Of a stretch of DNA of 64,000 nt, positions 9,801 to 19,949 are shown one piece after another. The position numbers and the translations under genes were made by a program. Numbering within the stretch: position 1 is the first letter of the stretch; every line of letters begins with the position of its first letter. A model generated the notes under the pieces. It was not told the DNA's origin. It ran no database searches and was given only the letters and a program-made list of their open reading frames with translations. Source of the DNA: Lewinellaceae bacterium (GTDB lineage: Bacteria > Bacteroidota > Bacteroidia > Chitinophagales > Saprospiraceae); assembly GCA_024642625.1 (NCBI GenBank), contig JAHEAU010000001.1, forward strand, positions 61-64,060. Reading direction: 5' to 3'.

Positions 9801-10385
9801 ATCGATTCGATTCAGATCACCTTCTGTTGTATTGAGTTTTCGAAGAGTTTCCGCCTTTCGAACCTTATATTTTGATACGCCAGCGGCTTGTTCGAGCATG
9901 CGCCTGCGGGACTGTTCATGATCATTCAAAATATCATCGACCATAGACAGGGCAATAATCGCATAGGAGTTAGATCCTATCCCTGTGTCCATGAACATGC
10001 TAGTGATGTCTTTCAGCCGACAAGTCACGTTGTTGATCTTGTATTCACTTTCTCCTGAACGGTAAAGGATACGGCTAACAGTCACGCTTTGGTATTCTGT
10101 TGGCAACAGATTCCGTGTATTCTCAAATGTCAGACTGACTTGGGCCAGACCACTTGCCTTTCGCTTTTTAGTGCCATTAAAGATGACACTTGACATGCGT
10201 TCCAAGCGGAGTTCGCGTGTCTTTTGTTCGCCCAATACCCAACGAATGGCATCCACGATATTGGACTTGCCACTACCGTTAGGACCGATGATTCCGGTTA
10301 CAGATTCATTAAAGTGGATCACCGTATCATTGGCGAAACTCTTAAATCCCTTTATTTCGAGCTTTTGAAGCCTCATAGCCCGCAA
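6822..10385 (-). CDS. smc: chromosome segregation protein SMC
   Basis: 1187 aa with Walker A GPNGSGKSN, long coiled coils flanking a hinge, signature LSGGEKTLTA and Walker B CIFDEVDAPLD. Confidence 0.95.
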   Translation of the reverse strand: MRAMRLQKLEIKGFKSFANDTVIHFNESVTGIIGPNGSGKSNIVDAIRWVLGEQKTRELRLERMSSVIFNGTKKRKASGLAQVSLTFENTRNLLPTEYQSVTVSRILYRSGESEYKINNVTCRLKDITSMFMDTGIGSNSYAIIALSMVDDILNDHEQSRRRMLEQAAGVSKYKVRKAETLRKLNTTEGDLNRIDDLLFEIEHNLKSLEKQAKKAQKYLDLKADYRALSIEWSVFQTHDLKTRYKQIESRLAKEEDLLRDLEIQIQKAEARTEQEKLLNLDKEKALSERQKLLNEVGDKIRSFENQLEILGQRNNYIDQNRSKLQERMRFNTGRIEQLEKDVFYYQTNLNQSQDEQSQGELALREAEQDLGVTRQEHSSIKDDLDLYLQQLQELEKGIYELEKQKAINLNQIENLKNEIDRNALVLDQRTRESKSLKEAVEEVSGEEARLQKSVQFLEQEEDKRLATIQQREEQLQHENQELSGINRQLDAMRNEYKLTKSMVENLEGFPESIKYLSAQSDWGKQFPLLSDVITSKETFRVAIEHFLDQYLNYYVVPDFQTAHAAIRLLQQNQKGKANFFISSAIAASPFVTPERAGLTRLVDLVECEVSYKPLVDYLFHQVYLRQDEHIPESWELDPDITILDASGSWTRRSYSLSGGSVGLFEGKKLGRKKNLESLDRQIRKLEKEEEKKIIVVQALKEQVKELKLANQPARIREEKASLNQVMQKMITLKTRLENAEQYHADISRRSQQAEEIIKGLTERNETMVADLTIRRKEEADFRSQMEDTDQSFRKAADALNARSSLFNERNIRFIQLQNKVKAFEQEIQFRNQQMQEAKKSLQSDQEADANAVIERQTVSEEREQVQSQLLISYEDKKTREANLTGAEQDYFQARGQINELESALRQLNKNRHDAQILVNELKDNFNNIRLELTSIGERIKVEFQASIQEIIQREPNPDLDPALLEQQVTRLKSRLENYGEVNPMAVEAYREMKERYDTIDQQRQDILKAKSSLLQTIEEIEATATTQFMEAFEQVRENFIHVFRSLFTEDDTADLILDEPDKPLDSNIQIIAKPKGKRPQSINQLSGGEKTLTATALLFALYLLKPAPFCIFDEVDAPLDDSNIEKFNRIIQKFSNHSQFIIVTHNKLTMASVDVLYGVYMREQGISAVTPVDFRTYEHNAVMEQVQ

Positions 10386-10402
10386 AAATAAACAAGTGCA
10401 GC

Positions 10403-11062
10403 CTACTTGGTAGGAGAATCCGATTCTTTCGCAGAAATATCCTTCCCATAGTTCGAAATATCCTGTCGGGAAAGGTAGGATTCAAGCAGATTTTCCTGGA
10501 ATTTAAGGGGTGCCGGGTTGTTCGATTCGTAATATCCTTTTTCAGAACGTTGCCGGAACGCTTCGAACAACGTCACAGCACAAGCCACGGAGATATTGAG
10601 GCTTTGAACCATTCCTGCCATAGGTATGTAAAAACTGCCATCCGAAAGAGCCATAGACTCTGGAGATACCCCATCTCGTTCATTGCCAAAGAGTAAGGCT
10701 TTTGATTCTGTCAGGTCAAGATTCCACAAATTTTTTGATTCGGGAATAAGCATCGCACACTGAATCGATGTGTAGCTTCTACGAACGGCTTCAAAACACA
10801 GTTTTCGATCCTTGTAAAAATGGACATCGATCCATTTTCTTGTACCAGCAGATGTCCGTTTGCCAAGGGTGAGTCGATCTTCATCCAAATGGGATTCCGT
10901 GTACAACACAAATATTTCATGAATCCCAACTGCATCACAAGACCGCATAACTGCACCAATATTGTGGATGTCATGGACATTTTCTAAAATGACCGTCAAT
11001 CCAACTTGCCTGCGGCTCGTAATATCTTTGATTCGCTGAAGGCGCTCTGGAGTCAGATTCAT
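10403..11062 (-). CDS. trmH: SpoU/TrmH-family RNA 2'-O-methyltransferase
   Basis: SpoU motifs NIGAVMRSCDAVG, LLFGNERDGVS and IPMAGMVQSLNISVACAV are present. I placed the start at the internal Met (MNLTPERL); the open frame extends to 11095. Confidence 0.85.
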   Translation of the reverse strand: MNLTPERLQRIKDITSRRQVGLTVILENVHDIHNIGAVMRSCDAVGIHEIFVLYTESHLDEDRLTLGKRTSAGTRKWIDVHFYKDRKLCFEAVRRSYTSIQCAMLIPESKNLWNLDLTESKALLFGNERDGVSPESMALSDGSFYIPMAGMVQSLNISVACAVTLFEAFRQRSEKGYYESNNPAPLKFQENLLESYLSRQDISNYGKDISAKESDSPTK

Positions 11063-11151
11063 AATTATTGAATTCTGGCGAAAGGCAGTAAACATTGAGT
11101 TATAAAGCTGGTTTTGCCTATCAGTCGAACGTTTACTTTCTTGACGATTGA

Positions 11152-12606
11152 TTAGTCTTTTGCTTCGATCATGCGACCGTCAGCAAACTTGAGCATGACG
11201 ATATTTTGGTTCTCTATTCGTATAATTCTGCCTTCAGCATCTCGTTCAACAACAAATTGGGGACAATCCTTACTATAGACCAAAGGATGATCTGGTTGAA
11301 TAAAGCGATGGAATAATGCGCCTTCATTTGTAAGAGCATTGACTACAAACAGACCGCAACGGTATCCCCAAACGGCTTCAAGGCTCAGTGGTTGAGCATA
11401 TGCATTGCGATATCGTGTCTTTAAGGAACGAATTTCCGGATCCTGATCATCAGCGTAATCTGTACTTGTCAAGTGGACTTGCAGTGATTCAAAGTAGGAT
11501 GGTGAGATCCGCTCGAAACCAATCCATTGAGGGAGTCCAAATAGACGGACGTTTTTCGTAGCTATCCCACTACTTATTTTGCTCATAATGGCTTGGACAT
11601 GGGTTTCATCCCAGGATGGGAAAACTATATTATTCAATACACCTTCTAGCAGTAGGCTGTCTATTAGAAAGTCCTCCATGGCCATATCTCCAGTCTCATC
11701 AATCGCTTTAAAGGAGTATCGTTTCCTTGATTTTGGTGGCAAAGAATCTACCCAGGATTGCCATAATTGTTTTTTTGATATTTCGCTTTCACTTTTACCA
11801 TGGATGAAAACCACAGGATTTGAAGTTGTCTTTTCTTGATTCAAAAACTTCCAAGTAGTTCGCATATGCGATTCTAATGCAGGATTTAATTGTAGGTAAT
11901 GAGCATTACTTATGCCATATCGTCCACTGGCACTGTAAGGCGAGATCATCAGGGTTGGCCTTTCTTTGACATACTCTGCAACCCGGGCTACAAGGTTACT
12001 TCGATATGGTCCAATAATGATATCCTGTTGATCCAGGCTCCCCTTTGTAATGATCTGTTCTAATACATCTAGATTGGCTTTGGTATCGAAGGTTTGAACA
12101 ATAAAGCGTCGGTTCCCAGCTGACGCTTTTTGCAATGCCAATTTTAGGCCGAGATAAAAATCAAGTGACCAACTTGCTGGTCTATTTGTTAAATATGCTG
12201 CTGAATCCTGAGCGAAAAAAGGAAGAACGACTGCAATATGATATTGATCTTTATAGAACCGCTCAGTTTTGCCATCCAGATCGGTCTGGGGGAGCGCCAG
12301 TACACTGGGGTCATCCTTCACCAATACTGGAGCAGAGAGAGTATCTACATCAGTCCACTGGAGTGTATCCATCTGTTCTTTGAAAACTACTGTATCGATT
12401 GTCTCGATTGGGTGTGATGGCTTTGAAGGGGGCGTTGGGGCTGTCGTTTTTTTAATTCCAAAACAAGACGATAATGAGGCCACCATAAGGCAGAGTCCTA
12501 AAAACCGAAAAGGAAGATCAATGCCTTGGGAGCCAAATATTTCTTGAACAGATTGACAACTTATAGTTGCTAAAGAATCTACCGGTTGCCTATTCATTAT
12601 TCCCAT
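11152..12606 (-). CDS. putative lipoprotein, periplasmic-binding-protein-like
   Basis: 484 aa with a lipobox-like signal ([13 protein letters not shown]). I only weakly recognise the rest as a type-1 PBP-like fold. The start overlaps the guaA stop (ATGGGAATAATG context). Confidence 0.5.
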   Translation of the reverse strand: MGIMNRQPVDSLATISCQSVQEIFGSQGIDLPFRFLGLCLMVASLSSCFGIKKTTAPTPPSKPSHPIETIDTVVFKEQMDTLQWTDVDTLSAPVLVKDDPSVLALPQTDLDGKTERFYKDQYHIAVVLPFFAQDSAAYLTNRPASWSLDFYLGLKLALQKASAGNRRFIVQTFDTKANLDVLEQIITKGSLDQQDIIIGPYRSNLVARVAEYVKERPTLMISPYSASGRYGISNAHYLQLNPALESHMRTTWKFLNQEKTTSNPVVFIHGKSESEISKKQLWQSWVDSLPPKSRKRYSFKAIDETGDMAMEDFLIDSLLLEGVLNNIVFPSWDETHVQAIMSKISSGIATKNVRLFGLPQWIGFERISPSYFESLQVHLTSTDYADDQDPEIRSLKTRYRNAYAQPLSLEAVWGYRCGLFVVNALTNEGALFHRFIQPDHPLVYSKDCPQFVVERDAEGRIIRIENQNIVMLKFADGRMIEAKD

Positions 12607-14135
12607 TCTATGGTAGCTGGAGGTTTTGTACTAATATCGTAAACAACCCGGTTAATGCCTTTTACCCGATTGATAATTTCACTTGAGACGTCTGCCAGAA
12701 ATTCATAAGGCAATTTGCTCCACTCAGCGGTCATCCCGTCAAGTGAATTTACAGCACGGAGAGCTACTGCATTTTCATAGGTGCGCTCGTCACCCATAAC
12801 GCCTACAGACTGAACAGGCAGGAGTATGGTGCCGGCTTGCCATACTTCATCATATAACTTGTACTCCTTCAACATGCTGATATAAATAGCATCGGCTTCT
12901 TGAAGAAGACGAACCTTTTCTGGAGTAATATCGCCCAGGATCCGGATAGCCAGACCTGGCCCAGGAAATGGATGTCGCTGAACAAGGGATTCTGAAATAC
13001 CGAGTGCCATACCTACTTTTCTCACTTCATCTTTGAACAGCATACGAAGCGGTTCGATAATCTTTAAATGCAGCTTTTCAGGCAGTCCTCCAACATTGTG
13101 ATGCGATTTAATCGTAGCAGAAGGGCCTTGAACTGGGTTGGATTCGATAACGTCAGGATAGATCGTACCTTGTCCAAGCCACTTAACTCCAGGTAAGGAG
13201 TGGGATTCTTCTTCAAACAAATGAATAAATTCCCTTCCAATAATCTTTCGCTTTGTTTCTGGGTCGGAGACACCTTTTAGCGCGGACCAAAATCGTTCTT
13301 TGGCATCTACACCATTAATGTTCAAGCCCATGTGCTGATAATCACTCAACACTTGTTCAAATTCGCCCTTTCGTAGCAATCCATTATCAATGAAGAAGCA
13401 ATGTAGCCGGCTTCCAATAGCCTGATGCAACAAAACAGCTCCTACGGTACTGTCAACGCCGCCTGAGAGGGCCATGAGAACATGTTCTTCGCCTATCTGA
13501 AGTTGTATGTTGGCGATCGTCTCTTCAATGAATGAGGCAGGTGTCCAGTCACCGTGACAATGACAAATATCATAGAGAAAATTTCGGATGAAGGCTTTCC
13601 CTTCGAGGCTGTGTGTGACTTCAGGATGAAACTGAATGCCATAGGTTGGTGCAGATCCGTTTTGCCTATAACTGAATGCAGCAACATCAATAGATTGGGT
13701 ACCGGCCAATAATGTAAAGGTATCTGGAAGGGCCTGGATGGTATCAGCATGGGACATCCAAACCTGGCTCAGTGAGGAAAGATCTGCTAAAAATGGATCG
13801 TTTTGTTCATGGATCTGTAAAGTGGCTTTACCGTATTCTCTTTTTTCACTTCTTGACACGGTACCGCCTAATTCATCGGCGATCAATTGAGCACCATAAC
13901 AAATGCCCAGGAGTGGTACTTTCCCTAAAATGGAATGAAGATCAATCCTTAAAGAATTTGGGTCTTTAACAGAAAATGGGCTTCCAGACAGGATAACGCC
14001 TTTAACTGTTTCGTCCAATTGGACCTCTTGATAGTACGGAAGAATTTCACAGAAAACTTGTAATTCCCGAACTCGTCGAGCAATTAGTTGAGTATACTGA
14101 CTTCCAAAATCGAGGATGATGATCTTTTCCTTCAT
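12597..14135 (-). CDS. guaA: GMP synthase (glutamine-hydrolysing)
   Basis: GATase nucleophile motif [11 protein letters not shown]-pyrophosphatase P-loop SGGVDS and the canonical C-terminus KPPATIEWE. Confidence 0.97.
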   Translation of the reverse strand: MKEKIIILDFGSQYTQLIARRVRELQVFCEILPYYQEVQLDETVKGVILSGSPFSVKDPNSLRIDLHSILGKVPLLGICYGAQLIADELGGTVSRSEKREYGKATLQIHEQNDPFLADLSSLSQVWMSHADTIQALPDTFTLLAGTQSIDVAAFSYRQNGSAPTYGIQFHPEVTHSLEGKAFIRNFLYDICHCHGDWTPASFIEETIANIQLQIGEEHVLMALSGGVDSTVGAVLLHQAIGSRLHCFFIDNGLLRKGEFEQVLSDYQHMGLNINGVDAKERFWSALKGVSDPETKRKIIGREFIHLFEEESHSLPGVKWLGQGTIYPDVIESNPVQGPSATIKSHHNVGGLPEKLHLKIIEPLRMLFKDEVRKVGMALGISESLVQRHPFPGPGLAIRILGDITPEKVRLLQEADAIYISMLKEYKLYDEVWQAGTILLPVQSVGVMGDERTYENAVALRAVNSLDGMTAEWSKLPYEFLADVSSEIINRVKGINRVVYDISTKPPATIEWE

Positions 14136-14170
14136 GGGCCAAAAATAGTCATTCGTACGTTGAACTCTTA

Positions 14171-14208
14171 AAAGAAAAGCCCCGGAACTGTCGGTCCGGG
14201 GCTTTTTG
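14171..14208 (-). terminator. rho-independent terminator after the OmpA/TSP3 gene
   Basis: 9-bp GC-rich stem AGCCCCGGA / TCCGGGGCT (14178-14186 with 14195-14203) and an 8-nt loop. A and T runs flank it on both sides. Confidence 0.7.
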
Positions 14209-14215
14209 ATAACGG

Positions 14216-15628
14216 TTATTTTATATGGAGGTCGAATTCTACTCGCCTGTTGGTTTTTCGTCCTTCAGGAGTTGCATTATCCGCTGCTGGTTTTGTTTCT
14301 CCATAACCGGCATGTGTCATTCGATCAGCATTGATTCCTTTTTCGGTCAAGTAGGTGTAACAAACCAATGCGCGCATTTCAGACAATGTCATGTTGTGTG
14401 CATCATCTCCGGAGCTATCTGTGTGGCCAGCAATATCGCAATAGTAAGCTTTGTTGTTATTCAATACAGCAACCAATTGGTCGAGTAATGGATAGCTGGC
14501 CTTTGTTAATATTGAGCTGTTCGTTTCAAATTGAATTTTCTGTATTGCAATTTGAATGATCTCCTTATCCTCTTTTTTCAATTCTGGACATCCTTTGTTT
14601 GAAGCAGGGCCAGCTTCATCAGGGCATCGGTCGTTTGCGTCTGCAACGCCATCATTGTCCCGATCTGCTGGACATCCATTGTTCGCAGCAACACCCGGCA
14701 CATCCGGACATTTATCATCCGAATCGGCTACGCCATCATTGTCCCGGTCAGGACAGCCCATTAGATTGGCAGGACCAGCAACATCCGGACATTTGTCCTT
14801 TGAATCAATTATTCCATCTTTATCTCGGTCAGGGCAGCCATTGGTTGCAGCTGGTCCGGCCTCACCAGGACAAGCATCTTTCGCGTCTGGGATTCCATCA
14901 CCATCTGTATCGGGACAACCATGTAGTGCAGCAATACCCGGCACGTCTGGGCATTGATCATCCGAATCCGAAATGCCATCTCCATCCGTATCCGGGCACC
15001 CCATCAACTCCACAGATCCTGGAATCAATGGACACTTATCTTCGAGATCTGTAATGCCATCGCCATCCGTATCAACGGGCTTCTTTTTTACATTACCGAT
15101 GACAAAAACGCCACCTATACTGTAATGGATATTCTGGGCATCCTCTAACAGATCCCATCTATATTCAACCTGGGAATTGATATAAAAGCTCGGATGAAGC
15201 TGGATGTTGATCCCTGCTCCGGCAGGTACCTGGGCAGAGATATCCGTCCAGTTTGTCATTACTGCACCAATACCGGTAAGTAAATATGGATTTATCCATT
15301 TGGTATTGTCCCACACCTTGATCTGCACTGTTGCATCTACATTTATCCAGGGAATTGCATTTCCCCTTAACGGCGATTGTGGGATGTCGGCTGTACCAAA
15401 TCGAACCGGGACATGGAGATTAAACTTCTTATGTAACCAGCGGGTGTATCCGACTTCTATTGCAGATGTCATTAGACCTCTATCTGCAAGATCTCCATCC
15501 AAATAAGGAGTGTAATGATCAATGAAAACATATTTACCGGTAACCGCATTCACAGATTCAGGGGTCTGAGCTGAATTCTGGAATTGTAATGTTATCAGAA
15601 AACTAGCAAAGAGAAATAGTTTTTTCAT
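14216..15628 (-). CDS. OmpA-family outer membrane protein with thrombospondin type 3 (TSP3) calcium-binding repeats
   Basis: 470 aa with a signal peptide and an N-terminal beta-barrel-like region. Six GCPDxDxDGxxDxxDxCP repeats follow. The C-terminal OmpA-like domain carries [18 protein letters not shown] and NRRVEF. Confidence 0.85.
   Translation of the reverse strand: MKKLFLFASFLITLQFQNSAQTPESVNAVTGKYVFIDHYTPYLDGDLADRGLMTSAIEVGYTRWLHKKFNLHVPVRFGTADIPQSPLRGNAIPWINVDATVQIKVWDNTKWINPYLLTGIGAVMTNWTDISAQVPAGAGINIQLHPSFYINSQVEYRWDLLEDAQNIHYSIGGVFVIGNVKKKPVDTDGDGITDLEDKCPLIPGSVELMGCPDTDGDGISDSDDQCPDVPGIAALHGCPDTDGDGIPDAKDACPGEAGPAATNGCPDRDKDGIIDSKDKCPDVAGPANLMGCPDRDNDGVADSDDKCPDVPGVAANNGCPADRDNDGVADANDRCPDEAGPASNKGCPELKKEDKEIIQIAIQKIQFETNSSILTKASYPLLDQLVAVLNNNKAYYCDIAGHTDSSGDDAHNMTLSEMRALVCYTYLTEKGINADRMTHAGYGETKPAADNATPEGRKTNRRVEFDLHIK
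14583..15075 (-). repeat. in-frame tandem TSP3 repeat array (6 copies, about 70-75 bp period)
   Basis: Repeated coding units such as [27 protein letters not shown]. The array generates spurious Ser/Gly/Pro-rich ORFs on the opposite strand. Confidence 0.85.
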
Positions 15629-15668
15629 AATGCGCTAACGTTAAGGTAGTTAGAAGGAGTAGTGTACC

Positions 15669-16592
15669 TTATTCCACCAAGCCACGACCAGATTTATTTA
15701 TTTTTCCGGCTGCAGTTAGTTCTTTCATGAGTCGATCCAGGATACCGTTGATGAAATCTTTTGACTTGTCTGTACTGTATTGTTTCGCGATTTCAACAAA
15801 TTCGTTTAAGGTCACTTTTGTGGGTATCGTCGGAAAATAGAGGAATTCACAAACAGCCATTTTCAGAATCAAAAGATCCAGAGTTGCCACTCGATTGATA
15901 TCCCAATTTTTCAATGTTGGAGATATATTCTTTGTTAATTCTTCATCTTGATTCCAAACAGCCAGCAGCATATTTCTTCCAAAATCATTGATCAGGGTTT
16001 CATCGAGTAGATACTCCGAGTAGAAATCCTCATTTTGCGGCAGAACTTTAATGATCTTCTTCAAACTGCCTAATATCAAGGACTTGTCATCGACCCAAGC
16101 TGCGTGGTTATCCTCCATGATTTCCTCAAAATGAGGATGATTGATGGAGAATCGTAGCAGTTTGAGTAATATATCTCCATGGTCCTTGTTCTCTTTCCAA
16201 TATGAAATATAGTCCTCAGTTTTACTGAACTCAGTATACATATTCCTGAGAATATCCTCTTCTGAAACAGGTTTGATATCTAGTCTGGCCTTTTCTGTTT
16301 TCCAATATTTATTCTGCACCAGGGACTGGATGAGATCATTGGTATACAAAATGCCGGAAAACGCTTTGTCATCATCATTGACTAGCAGTTTTCCAGAACG
16401 ATGCTCTGCATCTTTTACTGCAAAACTGGCCAATAATATGTAGTGATCAAGAGCAAAATGTAACAATTTGTATGTTCGGATACATGTCTGCTTGTAGCTT
16501 TCGAGCAACTGTTCACCTGTGATTGCGGGTGACATTGTCGCTGCATAAAGGGATTGCAGCACCTTGATCCTAATATTTCTCCGACTGAGCAT
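15669..16592 (-). CDS. nusB: transcription antitermination factor NusB (long Bacteroidota form)
   Basis: N-terminal RRNIRIKVLQSLYA and a C-terminal NusB-like segment (VTLNEFVEIAKQYSTDKSKDFINGILD). I set the start at the internal Met (MLSRRN); the frame is open to 16637. Confidence 0.8.
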   Translation of the reverse strand: MLSRRNIRIKVLQSLYAATMSPAITGEQLLESYKQTCIRTYKLLHFALDHYILLASFAVKDAEHRSGKLLVNDDDKAFSGILYTNDLIQSLVQNKYWKTEKARLDIKPVSEEDILRNMYTEFSKTEDYISYWKENKDHGDILLKLLRFSINHPHFEEIMEDNHAAWVDDKSLILGSLKKIIKVLPQNEDFYSEYLLDETLINDFGRNMLLAVWNQDEELTKNISPTLKNWDINRVATLDLLILKMAVCEFLYFPTIPTKVTLNEFVEIAKQYSTDKSKDFINGILDRLMKELTAAGKINKSGRGLVE

Positions 16593-16923
16593 GGGATGTC
16601 TATGAACTGTAGCAAAGAAAAGAAAATATTCAGGCAAAATGTTATTCTTAAATGATTCTTGCCCAAATGAATACTTAGAGAGCTTCTATTCCAACGACCC
16701 TTCATCCTGACTTGCTTCTGGATAAAATCCCAGCAGGATGATTCTTAAAGAAAAACCTACTCGACCGCGAGTATTTGGGGGTTTTCAATCAATTAGCTAA
16801 AATTAGGTTCGATGGCCCATCGATAAACCTACATTGGCTCTGTGATCGAATTGCCAAAACTTGCTTTGTTTTCTTTAGTCTTTGGTCTCTTTCAGGGGTT
16901 AATCGAAGTGCCTTTGGAGTTGA

Positions 16924-18405
16924 TCATTTCATCCAGCGGTCCTTGATCTCCTGAAAGGATGGTAGGTGCCGGTAATGCCATTTTTTAAGGATCACGCCAT
17001 CTTTCATCAAAACAATACCTGGGTTGGAGCGAATAATTGTCTTCAAGAGGATATCATCGGCCATGTAAACTGTATGATCAAACTTGCAATCAGTGCGAAA
17101 ATCTGCCAACTTTTCCTCACTCACAAATGATGTGATCAAGAACCCATTGATGTCGGACTCAGCTGCTTCACCCAAGAGAGAATTGATTTGATCCAAAAAT
17201 GCATTTTGGAAGGCCTCATTCCAATGGATATCTTCAGATTGAATTGTTTTTTGATCAATCTGTTCGATTCTCTTGACAAACTGAGTATCTGAAGCTTGAA
17301 TAATTGTATCGATGGCCCAAATCGTGTCTTGTTTAGTCTCTGTCGTTATCGACGAAGATTCTTCCAGCAGATGATAACTAACAATCATAAATTGGTAGCC
17401 TTCAGCGTCAAGTATGTCATACGTCACATCATTGCCCTCTTGATCAGTTACTTCAAAATCGCTGATCTTGGTGATTGGGATGGATGGCTCTGATTTGATC
17501 TGATCTACCACTTCCCAAATTCCCTTGTAGTCAGCAAGGTTGGACATATACTCTTCATTAGAGACTGTTTTTACTTCACCAGTTGTTTTGTGTTTCAGCA
17601 GCCAGGCAGTGATTTCAACATTTGCTTGAGCATCTTCCTCCGCGATCTTTTCAGCTCGGAGATTGACATTTTCCTTGAATGGGCGAAAATCAATCATTGG
17701 GAGATCCCAGAAAGTGTTCCAAAAGCAAAATATTAGAATCAGTGCAGTTAACCCAATCGTTAGTCTTTTCCCTTGAGGTTCTGGCAACAACGTGCATAGA
17801 GATCGACTGGCAAATAGAAAAAAGATTGCCGGGATCAACAGTACCAAATCTTTGAAGAATGAAACTTTTGGTTCCAATTTGATGAAGTCACCAAAACAGC
17901 CACAATCTGTTACTCGCATATTGCTTGTGGTGTATGGTCCCCATGCATCAAAGGCAAAAAAACCAGTACCGGATGGTACATATCCGGTGAGATAGGTGAA
18001 TCCGGTGAGGATAGTAAAAAACAAGACAAGCAGGAAGAAGGCCCAGGCTGTCAGTTTTTTCCAAACACCCAGGATCAACATGATACCCAACGCAATTTCC
18101 AGCGCAATCATGCTGATGGCAAATCCGGTTGAGTGTGCAGATAGAAATGGAAAAAGTGGACTAATCCAGGACATCCATGTGTCTGCGAAGGTGGTTGCGA
18201 ATTCACCAAAATACTGCTCCATTTTATAGGCAGTACCAAGAGGATCAACAGCTTTTACAAAGCCGGAAATGACAAATAAAGTGCCGCAAAAGTGTTGAAG
18301 AAATTGCAGAAGCCAGTTCCGCTTTTGACGTGAGATCAGACTGCTAATCAGAGTCAGAAGTATGGCAATGGTGCCAATTAAAAGGATCAAACTTCCTAAA
18401 TTCAT
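16924..18405 (-). CDS. DoxX/MauE-like membrane protein fused to a soluble thioredoxin-like-sized C-terminal domain
   Basis: 493 aa with about 6 TM helices and the motif VTDCGCFGDF typical of MauE/DoxX-type redox membrane proteins. About 260 aa of soluble C-terminal region follows, with no CxxC. Confidence 0.65.
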   Translation of the reverse strand: MNLGSLILLIGTIAILLTLISSLISRQKRNWLLQFLQHFCGTLFVISGFVKAVDPLGTAYKMEQYFGEFATTFADTWMSWISPLFPFLSAHSTGFAISMIALEIALGIMLILGVWKKLTAWAFFLLVLFFTILTGFTYLTGYVPSGTGFFAFDAWGPYTTSNMRVTDCGCFGDFIKLEPKVSFFKDLVLLIPAIFFLFASRSLCTLLPEPQGKRLTIGLTALILIFCFWNTFWDLPMIDFRPFKENVNLRAEKIAEEDAQANVEITAWLLKHKTTGEVKTVSNEEYMSNLADYKGIWEVVDQIKSEPSIPITKISDFEVTDQEGNDVTYDILDAEGYQFMIVSYHLLEESSSITTETKQDTIWAIDTIIQASDTQFVKRIEQIDQKTIQSEDIHWNEAFQNAFLDQINSLLGEAAESDINGFLITSFVSEEKLADFRTDCKFDHTVYMADDILLKTIIRSNPGIVLMKDGVILKKWHYRHLPSFQEIKDRWMK

Positions 18406-18983
18406 GGTTGTTGTGTTGTGTGTTGGCCTAAAATCAACGCAAAAATGGAATAGTTCACGATATCTGCATAATTCGCATCCAAACCTTCTGAAACGAGTGT
18501 TCGGCCTTCTTGTTCTTCAATCTGCTTGATACGCAGCAATTTCATCAGGATAAGGTCAGTCATTGAGGAAATTCGCATCTCCCGCCAGACTTCTCCGTAG
18601 TCATGATTCTTTGCTAGCATCAACTCTTCAATCTCGAGTTGGACCTGATCATATCTTTCAAGAATCTCAGTATCAGTCTCTATTTGTTGAGTGTCTGAAA
18701 CAGGAAAACGCAATTGGATGATGGCCATAATGCCATAATTCACAAGGCCAATAAAATCTTGATCTACAGAATCTTCTACTTTCTGGATACCGCTTTGTTC
18801 AATTGATCGAATGCGTTTGGCTTTGATTAATAGTTGATCAGTCATTGACATCGGACGCAGGATCCTCCAGGAGTGACCATAGTCAGACATCTTTCGAGTA
18901 AAGAGGAGACGACATCGGGCAATAATATTCCGATATTGTTTTAAGGTCAGATCCTGTTCCATGTGCGGTAAAGATACGGGCAA
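18402..18983 (-). CDS. DUF1599-like protein (internally duplicated)
   Basis: Two homologous halves: KMSDYGHSWRILRPMSMTDQLLIKAKRIRSIEQ and KNHDYGEVWREMRISSMTDLILMKLLRIKQIEEQ. It shares an ATGA stop/start overlap with the downstream DoxX-like gene. Confidence 0.6.
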   Translation of the reverse strand: MPVSLPHMEQDLTLKQYRNIIARCRLLFTRKMSDYGHSWRILRPMSMTDQLLIKAKRIRSIEQSGIQKVEDSVDQDFIGLVNYGIMAIIQLRFPVSDTQQIETDTEILERYDQVQLEIEELMLAKNHDYGEVWREMRISSMTDLILMKLLRIKQIEEQEGRTLVSEGLDANYADIVNYSIFALILGQHTTQQP

Positions 18984-19058
18984 AGTTGGGGCGAACTAAT
19001 GGTGATGATCGTAGCTTAGCGTTTCATTAACGACCTTGGCACTCCGATCTGCAAACTT

Positions 19059-19949
19059 ATGCTGAACTTGATATTTTCGGTTGTTTTGGCCGTTTTTCTT
19101 GGAATATGTTTTAAAGTTTGGCCACGCTTTCAAGTTCGGGTCTTGGCAGGCATCATGCATAATTACATTGCCTGTGTTGTTGCAGCAGCTGTAGTTGCTG
19201 GTGATTGGCCACTGACTTCAATCGTCCTGAAAGAGCCTTGGTTTTTTTTGGCTGTAGGTCTTAGTGTGTGTTTTATTGCGGGTTTTTACCTGTTTGGTAT
19301 CTCCATTTCTGTCTGGGGGATGGCGACTATGTCTGCTGTCCAGAAAATGTCACTTGTGATCAGTGCCTTGTATGCAATTCTCATCTATCATGAGGCAGTT
19401 ACACTCCCAAAAGCAAGTGGAATTGTCCTTGGTCTGGCAGCTATTCCACTGTTGTTGGTTCGTTCCAGTAAATATTCTGAAGAAGTTGTCGATCGAAAAG
19501 CAGGGTCTCACACAACTGCATTGGCTTTGGTTTTGGGTACATTTTTCTTGGCGGGTGCTATCGAAATCGGATTGTTGATTGCTGAATCGGGATTGGTGGC
19601 CACTACGGGTGACCCGCGGTTCATTGCTGTTGTTTTTGCCGGGGCATTTTTCTGCGGAAGTATTATCACATTTCAGTCGAAGATTGAACGAGATGCCTTT
19701 TTTAGCTGGAAACATCTCATCGCTGGATGGATATTGGGCGTGCCTAATTTCTTCTCTATCTATTTTCTCATGCGAGCGATTGGCGGTGATCTGGATGCCA
19801 GTATCATCTTTCCTGTGAACAATACGGCGACCATTTTTTTATCTACGTTATTTGGGGTCTTTTTTTTCAAAGAATCATTCTCGTGGAAAAATGGGATCGG
19901 AATTGTGTTTGCCCTTCTTTCTTTGACTCTACTTACCATGCAGGTATGA
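19059..19949 (+). CDS. integral membrane protein, DMT/EamA-like permease
   Basis: 296 aa with about 10 predicted TM helices arranged as two similar halves. No other motif is evident. Confidence 0.55.
   Translation: MLNLIFSVVLAVFLGICFKVWPRFQVRVLAGIMHNYIACVVAAAVVAGDWPLTSIVLKEPWFFLAVGLSVCFIAGFYLFGISISVWGMATMSAVQKMSLVISALYAILIYHEAVTLPKASGIVLGLAAIPLLLVRSSKYSEEVVDRKAGSHTTALALVLGTFFLAGAIEIGLLIAESGLVATTGDPRFIAVVFAGAFFCGSIITFQSKIERDAFFSWKHLIAGWILGVPNFFSIYFLMRAIGGDLDASIIFPVNNTATIFLSTLFGVFFFKESFSWKNGIGIVFALLSLTLLTMQV

Noticed and set aside
7263-10368. Multiple plus-strand ORFs of 63-137 aa inside the smc gene (e.g. 7263-7676, 7480-7719, 8016-8264, 8305-8511, 9721-9921, 10171-10368).
   Set aside because: They are antisense to a well-supported 1187-aa SMC frame. 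Their Ser/Phe/Arg/Leu-rich, low-complexity products are the expected mirror of Glu/Lys/Leu-rich coiled-coil codons.
14556-15054. Plus-strand ORFs of 133 and 151 aa with Ser/Gly/Pro/His-rich repeats, and similar ones at 48249-49106. At first glance the periodic DNA could be mistaken for a tandem repeat or CRISPR-like array.
   Set aside because: The periodicity (about 70-75 bp) is the in-frame TSP3 repeat of the minus-strand OmpA genes. There are no unique spacers and no cas genes, and the antisense ORFs are artefacts of the repeat.
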